64,000 bases of DNA from Azolla caroliniana (Eukaryota > Plantae > Polypodiophyta), in contig JBHGNT010000018.1 of assembly GCA_043228905.1 (NCBI GenBank), forward strand, positions 3,038,001 to 3,102,000, read 5' to 3'. Below are positions 38,115 to 48,954 of the stretch, one piece after another. How positions within the stretch are numbered: the first letter of the stretch is position 1; each line of letters begins with the position of its first letter. The notes under the pieces are model-generated. The model did not search any database and was not told the DNA's origin. It was given only the letters and a program-made list of their open reading frames with translations. A program made the position numbers and the translations under genes.

Positions 38115-41100
38115 GGACTCGGGATCCTCAGGCTCCCATTAAAACAGATTTGGATTGCTTTGGGAGATTCGCCAATTAATATACCTACGTCAGGTTTTAC
38201 ATGGATACCACATGGTCAATCCATTAGATATTTAGGTTGTAGAGTGGGTTTGGGTTTAAATGCAGAGGATATGATTGCACCATTATTGTTAAGATTAAGG
38301 AACAAGTTAATATATTGGAACAAGGAGAAGCTATCCTTAGCAGGACGTGTAGTTGTAGCTAACTCAGTGCTCGTCTTCGATTTGGTATATAGCATCTACC
38401 TGGCTGTTTTCTAGGTCAATAATGCTTAAAGTTCAACGCCTTATACGTAATTTCATTTGGGGGAACACAATTGCAGACAATTCTGTAGCAAAGGTAGCTT
38501 GGTCGGTTCTTATACAATCTAAATAGAAAGGAGGTCTGGGTTTGATTGACCCTTTTATGCAAAGTAAAGCCTTAATTGCTAAACTTGTCGTTAGGAGTTT
38601 ATTGTCAAGTGATGAGTTATGGAAAAAGCTATGGATTCAGCACTTACATAAGGTCAAGCCCTCAGTAGGAGGGTAATGGCATGATAGTCTTAGGTGGGTT
38701 TTTAATTCAGATTTTCCATTACCTAAGTCCAATGTTGGATCATTACGTTTCTTTAGTGGAATTTTTCGGGCATGGGAAACTCTGTGGCAAGCACTTGTTT
38801 TCTTGCCATCGAAAAATTATCATCAATTCATGCGTCAACCTTTGATATGGAATCCTTTATTTATGGACAAAGCTGCATGTGTTTTGGGTCTACGACCGAG
38901 GTTATCTTGGGCGGCAATGGACAGTGGGCCAACCCGTACAATTGCGGATTGGATAAAGTTTCTACAAACTTCAGCACACGTCCAAAAGAGTATGTTGTCT
39001 AATTTAAGAGGGGCAAGGATAATGTTCTCTCAATTGTCCATGGTGTATCAGGTCACACTAACAACTTTGCAGTTTGATTATGTTCAAAGTTGGTGCGGTA
39101 TGTTTTCGACATTTAATATACTAATAGGAGCTCGTTTATATCATCATAATGGCAAATTTTATTGTTACGAAGTTTTGGACAATGGTAGATTGATATTAGT
39201 GGCGGAGGAGTCTTCAATTATGTCCAATGCAAAGCAGTTGCCAGTGAGAGTAATTGCTAGATTAGATAAAAAAATATTTTCTGATCCTAGTCCGTTAATT
39301 GCTAACTATGCATCTCATATTTGGGTTTTACACTCTAGGCCACTTGTCGATCTGCAGTGGGACCCATCGGATTATGGTTGGAAAGTGTCCATGTCTGACG
39401 CAACGAATAAGATCCTTCCATTCTTCTCATATTCGGTGGCATTGGGTAGAAACTTTATGTTGACTCAGACCGAGTCTGTCCCAACGGGAAAAAAGTATTG
39501 GGAGGAAGGTAATGTCTCCTCGTCTCATACGAGGATGTTTTGGAAAAGGTTTTGGGTAACTAAATGTATGAATAAGATATTGCATTTTCGTTGGTTGATG
39601 ATTCACTATGCATTGCCAGTAGGTGAACTATTGAGGGGTCCTGTGAGTGATTGGTCATGTGTTATGTGTGGGTTTGCATTTGAGTCATTGAATCATGTAT
39701 TTTGGGAATGTGTGTTCGCTAAAAGGTTTTGGTTTCGAATTCTTAGACTTTTAGGTCGTAAGTATACCTCGACTATCTTCACGTGGGGTGTAGTCTTTTG
39801 GGGAATGTTGGATCAACAAACGGCCTTTTATCATTATTAGCATTCTTCTTTGTCTTTACATGTGAGAAGTTTTCAAGTATTCCAAGTATATGCTACCTCA
39901 AGTTCCTTGCAGGGAATCAAGTTCTTTTCGCGGAGTTATGTGTGGCAAATTGTTTCCTCTTTGGGTTTATGGGTTCTTTGGAAAGCTAGGTGTTCCAAGC
40001 TATACAAGGATGAAAATACTCATGTTGTAGAACAAGTTAAGTCTTTTTGGGACTTATTGGTTCATACGGTTAAAGGTGATTATGACAGTTGTAAGGGATC
40101 AGGAAACACAACTAGTTGAAAAAGAAGGAGAATTAGAAGAGTTTGGTCATCTATTCCTATCATGTTGGATGCAGAGACTAATGTTAAGTGGAATTACATA
40201 CCGCCTCGTTGGTTGTTCCCGCCACCATCACCGTCCTTAGAGCATACAACATGACTCAACATGGAAGAGGTGATTGGGGTACATAGTAAGAGTTTTTTCA
40301 TAAAAGAAGTGCGGATAGTGAAGCAGATGCTTTACCTTACATAGGGATGATGATCTTGATCCCTTAGATATGATGAATGATAAGGTCGTTTCATAAGGAC
40401 AAGAGTGTACGCATTCATTTTTGTTTATGTAGGTTTAAGCTATTGGGGATACTTGATAACAGTGAGCTGATTGATGGGGAATTTCGTGGACATTGGCAAG
40501 ATGCTAATATGCGAGATGGTTGATGTGGACTGAATGAAGAAATTTTGTCTGTGATAAGGATGATTGAAGATGTTTGGGGTGTCGTAGCCGACTATCATGA
40601 GTGGGTGAGGAAACTTTTACACTAATTTTTGTTTTTTAATGCAGGATTTTTGTGAACATTGCAAGATGCTAATCGGCAAGATGGCTGATGTGGACTAAAT
40701 GAAGAATTTCTTTTTTGTGATAAGGATGAGGGAAGATGGTGGGAGGTTTGAAGCCGTCTATCATGAGCGATGAAACTTTTAGACTAATTGTTTTGTTATT
40801 GATACAGGTTTTTTCGTGGACATTGGCATGAGGCTAATCGGCCAGACGGTTGATGTGGACTGAACGAAGAAAATTTTTCTGTGATAAGGATGAGTGAAGA
40901 TGGTTGGGAGGTCGAAGCCGACTATCACGAGTGGGTGAGGAAACGTTTACAATAATTTTTTGTTGATTAATATAGGATATGCGTGGACATTGGCACCATG
41001 TTAATCAGTGAGATGGCTGATGTCGACTGAACGAATAAATTTTTCTGTGTTAAGGATGAGTGAAGATGGTGGGGAGGGTCGAAGCCAATTATCAGGAGTG

Positions 41101-42129
41101 GGTGAGGAAATGTTTACACTAATTTTTTGTTGTTTAATACAGGATATGCGTGGATATTTGAACCATGTTAATCGGTTCAATCTTGCATTGGAAAAAGGCA
41201 GAGAAAGGTACAAGAGGTTGGACAGGTTATGAATCTTGCATTGGAAAAAGGTAGAGAAAGGCATATAAAGACTGAGAAGATGGGCAGGATGAAGAGAAAC
41301 CAGGTTTTTTGGCAATGTTTAAGCCGATGTTTACAACCTTGTTTATCTTAAAATTTCCAGAGCTAGAAGAAGACTACGGCCAAGAAGCAACAGATTACCT
41401 CAACAGCTTGATTGGAGAGAGGGGATTTTTACTGCCAAAGTGGTACAAAAGGACACATCACATGGGAAAGTTAAAGGCCAAGGAATGGGCACAAAACTGA
41501 GTGTTATTTTGTATGAGATTGAGCCATTTGAATCTGTCTTATTCTGTATGAGATTGAGCCATTTTCTGTAGGAGATTGAAGAAAAGCAAATGGGATGCCA
41601 AAGAGAAACTAGTTGAGTCTGTGATGAATACCCAATTTTTTTCAAGGAAAAGAAGGAGGTGGATGTATTATGTGGCTTTCATTATGGGTTTTGATTTGTT
41701 CTACGACTATTTGATTTGTTCCATGGCTGCGTCATCGAGATGTCTCCAAAACATCGTACATTTTTAGCATATGATCCCATGGAATATAAATCAATGGTAG
41801 TGGCAAAGAAGTTAAATGGCAGAGAATGGTTATGGTTGGACAATGTCCCACATGTTCAAGCAAAGGTGAATGGAAAAGAGGTGATAAAGAGGCTTATTCG
41901 TGCTAAAGTGGAGGCCTTCTCAAGGTTTATATGTGGTCTTATAGCTCGACGTAGCAATGGAATTTTCTCAAGGTTTATATGTGCTCTGCTAGCAAAGGTG
42001 TTATTGGCAACAATGTAGTTTTTTGATAGTATGTATTTGTGCAGAGGAAACAGTATTATGTACTATTTGTATATTGCCTTTGCCTTTTTATTAATACCAA
42101 TGGAGTATATTTTTATGGGAAAAAAAAAA
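38115..42129 (+). mobile_element. 5'-truncated, disrupted L1-like LINE (late RT, zf-RVT, long 3' region, A tail)
   Basis: IRYLG, RLRNKLIYW...LSLAGRVVVANSVL, RNFIWG, KVAW, GGLGLID, zf-RVT (F.W...H.ALP...C.MC....ESLNHVFWEC.FA..FW), W.LWKARC. Premature stops at ~38523, ~38674, 39840 and 40119. ORF2 ends ~40255. A-run at 42120-42129; the 3' boundary is inferred. Confidence 0.85.
40486..41170 (+). repeat. ~165-bp tandem repeat, 4 copies plus a partial, downstream of L1 ORF2
   Basis: Units begin gtggacattg(g)ca at ~40486, 40652, 40816, 40983 and (partial) 41149. Confidence 0.88.
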
Positions 42130-42423
42130 CAGATTTTCTAATGGCGCACCTTTTTTTGATAATGATTTGACGGTGCGGATTGCACGTGCACTCGGCCACT
42201 TGCCATGCATCGTCTGTGGCTGGCCATGATTCCCTCGCCACACCTCATTATGATTTGGGTTGGCAAAAGAGACATGCCACACACACATAATATACATATA
42301 CGTACATATCTATGCCCTATGGCCTACTACTACTATATGTGTGTATATATACACGTATGTATATGCGTATATGTATATTATATCCATATATGTATACGTA
42401 TATGTGTAGGCCTAATTTTGTAG

Positions 42424-42623
42424 CATAGTACGTAATATACCCGAATGCATTGGCAAACATTCATTTCCATACGAATGCACACGAATGAGTATGTTAGCAA
42501 AACATTCTTATGCTTCATTTTACCTTTTAAAAAAAAAACAATAAATAATGAATACAAAAAGTGTTGAGTACCATACTGATCGAAAACATTCTCGAATGCG
42601 AATGCACGTATGGTACATACAAT
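42424..42623 (+). mobile_element. CATAGTA-ended MITE family, copy 4, upstream of the exostosin locus
   Basis: Reverse complement of 20315-20546; starts catagtacgtaatatac and ends tggtacatacaatg. Confidence 0.75.
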
Positions 42624-43097
42624 GTACCGCAGAAGGTTTCCTGACCTTCGTCGAAAGAACTGCTCTGCTCTGCTCTCTCGATCTGTGGCGACTAATTTAA
42701 TGGATTCCACTGAGAGATCACTACACCGCACGGTCTCCCACGATGGCAATCTTATCACGATGGCCGCAGTTCTCTCTCTCTCTCTCTCTCTCTCTCAGAC
42801 TTTCGTCTTTACATGGTCGACTATACAGATCGATCCCGAGGTTCGCTATATATTTAGATACAAGAGAAATGTATGTCCAATATGATGCGGCAATAGAGGA
42901 TCGTGATAGATGTATGTGGTCTCTAACATGGATTCGTCAATCAAAATCTGAAGCTCTCATTAGGTTTGAGTTCGGAAATGCAGCCGAGAAATCCATGTCA
43001 AGTCGGAGGGTAGAGATCAGTGATATGTAAGGATTCCAAACATGTTTAAATATGTACCAAAAATCCGTTCGTTGCAGGTAGTCGAAGATACGGAGCA

Positions 43098-43828
43098 CCT
43101 GTAGATGTGGTATTGAGGGAAGGGGGAGATCCAAATCATCAAGCGATACATTCATTGATCGAATCAAGGAATCGTGCCGCCTGTAGATGTGGTATTGAGG
43201 GAAGGGGGAGATCCTAATCATCAAGCGATACATTCATTGATCGAATCAAGGAATCGTGCCGCCTGTAGATGTGGTATTGAGGGAAGGGGGAGATCCTAAT
43301 CATCAAGCGATACATTCATTGATCGAATCAAGGAATCGTGCCGCCTGTAGATGTGGTATTGAGGGAAGGGGGAGATCCTAATCATCAAGCGATACATTCA
43401 TTGATCGAATCAAGGAATCGTGCCGCCTGTAGATGTGGTATTGAGGGAAGGGGGAGATCCAAATCATCAAGCGATACATTCATTGATCGAATCAAGGAAT
43501 CGTGCTGCCTGTAGATGTGGTATTGAGGGAAGGGGGAGATCCTAATCATCAAGCGATACATTCATTGATCGAATCAAGGAATCGTGCCGCCTGTAGATGT
43601 GGTATTGAGGGAAGGGGGAGATCCTAATCATCAAGCGATACATTCATTGATCGAATCAAGGAATGGTGCCGCCTGTAGATGTGGTATTGAGGGAAGGGGG
43701 AGATCCAAATCATCAAGCGATACATTCATTGATCGAATCAAGGAATCGTGCCGCCTGTAGATGTGGTATTGAGGGAAAGGGGAGATCCTAATCATCAAGC
43801 GATACATTCATTGATCGAATCAAGGAAT
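43098..43828 (+). repeat. Minisatellite: 9 near-identical 82-bp units ending at the exostosin ATG
   Basis: Unit gtgccgcctgtagatgtggtattgagggaagggggagatcc(t/a)aatcatcaagcgatacattcattgatcgaatcaaggaatc. Starts at 43174, 43256, 43338, 43420, 43502, 43584, 43666 and 43748, plus a first unit lacking its first 6 nt. 0-2 differences per unit and no spacers. Confidence 0.97.
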
Positions 43829-45036
43829 ATGGCGAAATCGGAGGCATCATCGGTCAGGCGGATTTCAGTACTAGCCCTAGCAGTGATTGTGTTGTGTGGT
43901 GGGATGTACGGCCTCATCTTCGAGAATTCCCTGAGACCACAGACATTGCAGCCGTGGTACGCGCAGAATCGGACATGGCATTACCCTACCCTCTTCCCGC
44001 GATGCTCCATGGATGTATGCTTCAACTACACGAGGTGTGCCGGCCAATCCGAGCTTCTCATCTATGCCTACCACATACCCCGCCCGCCCGTGCGATACGT
44101 TGCTCTACTCAACCGCACAGTCTGGCACACCGATGATCCTCGCAAGGCCTGCCTCTTCTTCGTCTTCTTGGATGGCCCGGACAACAGAAGCCATCCCAGC
44201 AGCCTGCCTTACTGGGGGGGCAATGGGCTCAACCACGTGTTGGTCACATTCGCCGACATGTGGCGCCAACGTGGCATCCCGCCCGAGAGCATCGGCTTCG
44301 CGTCCCTCCTTGCCTCCGACATGCACGAGACGATCTACAGGCCCGGGTTCGACATCAGCCTCACGCTCAATGGCCGTGTCCATTTGAGGGGCTTGCAGGC
44401 AGTGCCGCCCCTGGACCGCCCATATCTGGTCACATTCCGTGGGCTCTGATATCTGGGGCATCCGACTGATGAGGGCGTCCTACGGAGCTACGACTCCTTC
44501 CGCTCGATTCACAACGGGAAGGACGCCATCGTCGGGACCTCGTGCAAACATGCCACGAACGAGCTGAGGAGGCAGGAAAACCCTGAATTGGGGAGGCATT
44601 GTGAGGAGGACGAGGCGGAGCATGCGCGGTACAGCTTTGGCGGCCTCATGAATACGACATTCGGTCTGGTGCCGGCCGGCTGGTCGCCCAACTCGTACCG
44701 GCTGATCGAGGTGATGGCGGCGAGCGCCGTGCCCGTCCTCATTGCTGACAATTATGTGAAGCCGTTCGACACGTTGATCCAATGGCACCGGTGCATTCTC
44801 CAGTTCCCGTCGTCTGAGATGGACCTCATCGTGCCTACCCTCCGTGCCATGGTCACCCGGGCGGGAAAATACCCGAACGAGCTCCCGCAGCGCCAAAAAG
44901 TTACTGCATCCGCATCTACAACGATTTCCTTCGTGATGACCCCACGCTCTTGCGTACCACCATTGCGTCTCTAAAAGCTCGCCTGTATGGTGCCATGCCC
45001 TTCAGGCCCGACAACAGTAGTTACGGATTGATTTGA
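43829..45036 (+). pseudogene. Intronless GT47 exostosin-family glycosyltransferase (EXT1-like, type II membrane), disrupted
   Basis: N-terminal TM (ISVLALAVIVLCGGMYGLIF). Motifs CSMDVCFNYTRC, TDDPRKACLF, LPYW..NG.NH, YRPGFDIS, LVTFRGL*YL, IHNGKD..V.TSCKH, NTTFGLVP.G....SYRL.EV..A.AVPV, PF...I.W. In-frame TGA at 44447-44449 and a frameshift near 44895-44901; the shifted frame ends at TGA 45036. Confidence 0.85.
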
Positions 45037-46149
45037 AATCCATTCGCAAAACAAGCCACATCATGTTGGTCGTCATGGGTGTTGAATCAATGACGAGATT
45101 TCGAGATAATGAGCAAGCATAGGGTGGGGTGATGATTATTTATCGGTGACGGACTTGTAAGTCACTCATGTACTCACGAAACTTGCAATTAGTTTCCTTC
45201 CATGAGTGAGCATCGTGTGGGAAGATCATTTTTCTGCAACAGATCTTGCTTCTAGTCTAATAGTGTGTCGTGACACGAGCAAATTAGGATGGGATGGCCA
45301 ATACATTTGGACGTAAAACATCTTGTTTATATAAGAATGTTGTATGTATTGAGGCACATTCTAATCGTATTAGAGGACAATGCAATTATACCTAATCGTC
45401 CTAACCTAATCATTCTAAAAGCTAGGTTGAAAGCATGGTTGTGCTTGTCACCGGACTTTTACATACATACATCTCTATAAAGCTTCAAAAATATCAATCA
45501 TACTCCAAAGGTTTGCCATGAGCAAGTATAGGGTGGTATATAGGTAATTTACGTAGTACAATAGATTAAGAATGGATTTATGAACCATGATCTTGGTTCT
45601 ACTCCTAAGGTGTGCCATGAATGAGCAAACATATATAGGGTTAGATAATCGCGTCAGGTTGGAGTAGAACATAGTTTTTAGAACAACATCATTGAGAACT
45701 TTGCCTATGTTTAGTATTATAGAATAGGGTGTTTCTCAAACATGACACATATCGCAATGTTCAACATGATGCTTTGCGTCTCACTAAATGTTGCTTTGGG
45801 TGTAGTGACATTTAGCATCACAAAAAAATGATGCTAAACATACATTTAGCATCAACACACATACACACACACACACACACACACATATAATAAAGGGGGG
45901 GATTTGATGTGTGTATGTATGTGTATAAATCTAATTTTATATGAGAGACATAAAGATTAATTGTTGGTATGGCAAGATAGAGGGAGGATGGTGCTTGAGA
46001 TTTGGTTGATTATAGTAGAGTTGTGGGGATGCATTGGCATGCCATGCTTGCATCATGTGTTGACAAGAGAGAGCCAGGGCAATGCAATTGAAAGCCAAGC
46101 AAGGAAAATAGAATGTTCATTAGGCTTATCTACAAGGGTAACACTCATG

Positions 46150-47050
46150 TGTGGATCCATTGATTGACAATTTGGTGTTTTGTGGGGCCATAGTTGAGGT
46201 CGAACGCAAGGCCCCATGGATTGTGGCCATACTAGTGAAAAGTGTGGTCTTCAAAAAGTGGCGAGGAGGTTGGGAGGATGCAAAGGATTAGAGGGAAGAA
46301 ACAATTAGAATCATGGATGTCATGAGGATCATGGTCGATATGATGCAATCACGGGTGAAGTTGTCCATGATCCACAACATACCTTATTGAATCAAACATT
46401 AGATTGGGGAAGAGTGGTGAATCAAGTAGGAAGGAAGCACAAGCCTCTATTATCCATTGTAGAAATTGGAACCTGACCAACGATGAGGAAGACGATAAAT
46501 GGTTGAATAGGTACTAATGTCGAGTGGATGAATCAATATAGATCTCATAAGCAAATGAGATTTGCTCCACCATTGCAAACTAAGAAGCATCATGCATTAT
46601 ATAGACAATGTCACCTGAAAGAATTCAAGCTTGAGGGTTCTGTACAAGTTGGAGCTCAACATACTGTCATGGATTATCATTTGTAGATTGATTCAATATA
46701 TAAAGGTATCACAGACAAGTTTTGGGATGTCAAAATCATGAATATCGTGGTTTAAATAATTCCAACTAACCATAGTTATTGGGTTGATCATTGTGGGGAA
46801 ATTTTTATGTATGGATTCCCATATGTCAATCTTAGTTCTTATCCAAGGAAGAAACTCTCTTCATAGTTAACATCAATGATAAAGTCAAATCCATGTGCCA
46901 ATTGATTGTGTTGATTCATTAATCCCCATGGGTCATAGTCAAGAAGAATTAATTATAGATGAAAGACTGTGGAATGACCCTCATCATTTGATAGATGATG
47001 AACGGACATTCATAAGTTACATGAACTTTTTTTGCTTCACTTGAGGGTTC
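46150..47050 (+). mobile_element. Possible highly degenerate LTR-retrotransposon gag-pol remnant
   Basis: Purine-rich, coding-like composition without an intact ORF; only a vague resemblance. Confidence 0.25.
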
Positions 47051-47699
47051 ATCAAATCAATAATCGATGAAAGTGATGTTAGAAATATTGAGAATCGACT
47101 AGATAGGCATATCGAGTTACACTCATAGAGGTGTACATGTGTCTATACAAACTTTCTATTACATACATAATAGAGTAGCTCACAATAGTAGTCCTCCCAT
47201 GTGTTGACACGTTAGAGATTAAATGGGATTTGGATTAGTTGACTATAAAGTTAGTTGACACATATAATAGCGACGGCGACGACTCACAACTGTTATGTAA
47301 GAGAATGAGGTTGGATGTTTATATTCTTTGTTCTTAAATGCGCAAATAAGTTGTTAGTAATGGAGATTTTCCTTTTTTGTCAACTAACTTGTCATTTAAT
47401 ATAACCTAATCTAGTGTTAGATCATTTATCCTAGAGTCAATGGCACATACTTCAAGACTAATAGAGAATATCCTTCAAGTCCATCTTACTAGTCAATCCC
47501 ATTACCCTTAGTTTCCCTCTTCCCTAAATACATTTTGTCCAACTTTCTATGGTTTCCTAAATTAATACCTTATCGATCCATATGGTCAGGTTGCAAAATA
47601 GCTACTCCTCATTTGTGGTGCTATCAGAAAATATGCATTCTAAAAATACACATGTGGGGATAAACTGACATCTTGGGGTTGATCATTGATTATATCTAG

Positions 47700-48200
47700 C
47701 TCATGATGCAAGTGGGGTCAAAGTCCTACAAAGTCTATAAGAGTATTATAGAAGCCTTTTTTGCTTTGATTTGGAGTTCCGTAGAGCAACAATCGATGAT
47801 AGTGATACAAGTGGGGTTTGAGTCCTACAAAGACTCATCAGAGTACAACAAAATCTTTCTTTGCCTTTACTCAAGGGGCCATTGGAGTAACAATCGAAGA
47901 CAATGCTACAAGTGAAGTCTAAGTACTATAAAGAATCCTCAGGGAGGGGAGGGATGTCAAGATAAGGTTTGTAATCCTGTCACACAACATAACCACAAAG
48001 CACAACTTACAAGTTGAGGCCCATAATCTTGTGAAGGGATTGTCCTATGAAACAACCACAAGCATAATTTACTAGCTATGGTTCATAATCTTTTGAAGGG
48101 ATCAATGTCATATGATGCAACCACGAGAAACAACTTACAGGCTAAGGCTTATAATTTTTTATTTGAAGAGGTAGTCATATGACACAACCACGAAGTAAAA
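47700..48200. repeat. Two adjacent degenerate tandem arrays (~105-bp x3 and ~57-bp x4)
   Basis: Recurrent caagtgggg...agtcctacaaag and acaaccac.ag.a.aacttac...cataatcttgtgaaggga. Confidence 0.65.
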
Positions 48201-48480
48201 GGAAACTAACTTTACATGTTTGAGACATTATCTTGATCATAAGAAAGACTTCAAAGACAGACGAAGTAGCCATGAGCACAAATTAACGGGGCCGAGCCCC
48301 ATAGTGTTCGTTGGGAGGGATATGATGGAAGAGTTAGATGGCTGACTGTGTGACCATCATATCATGTAGGCGAGTAGAATGTAAGAGCGGACATGCAATA
48401 TATAGTCTTGTGAAGGGATGGTCATATGATGGGCAACCAGAAAACACACAGACACACGCACCCAGAAAAAGTAAGAGTGG

Positions 48481-48856
48481 AGGCTTGACTTTTTGCAAAG
48501 CCTCCAACTGAGACGACTTTTACAGAACCCACCACCAGAGACTCGACTTTTACCGGAAGCCCAACCGAGGCTTGACTTTGTTTTGACGAGAGAATCGAGT
48601 GGCTTGACTTTTGACAGAGAACGAAACCAGAGGCCTGACTTTTTTTTTTTTGGGTTATAGAAATCCCAGATATGTGTGCATGCGTTTGTGGAGGTCGTTG
48701 AAGATTTAAACTTGACTTAATTTTTACGAAGGCCCAACCAAGAGGCTTGACTTTTACCAGAACCAGGAGGCTTGACTTTTACCAGAGGCAAGAGCTTGAC
48801 TTTTTTTGGATTTAGAAATCTGTTTGTGGAGGTCGTTGAAAATTTAAACTTGACTG
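48481..48856 (+). promoter_or_regulatory. Cluster of 8 W-box cores (TTGACT) upstream of callose synthase
   Basis: TTGACT at 48485, 48572, 48604, 48712, 48747, 48772, 48796 and 48850, all on the + strand, mostly as (ga)ggcttgacttt. The cluster lies 100-470 bp upstream of the ATG. Confidence 0.6.
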
Positions 48857-48954
48857 TCTCTTCTTCTTCATTATATCTTCTTCTTCTTCTTCTTCTTCTT
48901 CTTCTTCCTTCTCTGTTCTTTCCTTTCCTTCCTTCGGGATTCATTCTGTTCCCC

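Noticed and set aside
43098-43828. CRISPR-like array
   Set aside because: Units are contiguous 82-bp near-identical copies with no unique spacers and no cas genes, in a eukaryotic context.
43748-43828. N-terminal extension of the exostosin ORF starting at GTG 43748
   Set aside because: This is just the last repeat unit read in frame. ATG 43829 gives a normal short cytosolic tail plus TM anchor.
44447-44449. Selenocysteine, readthrough or U-to-C editing of the TGA
   Set aside because: The aligned residue is Arg. Land plants lack Sec machinery, U-to-C editing is organellar, and a second lesion (frameshift) exists.
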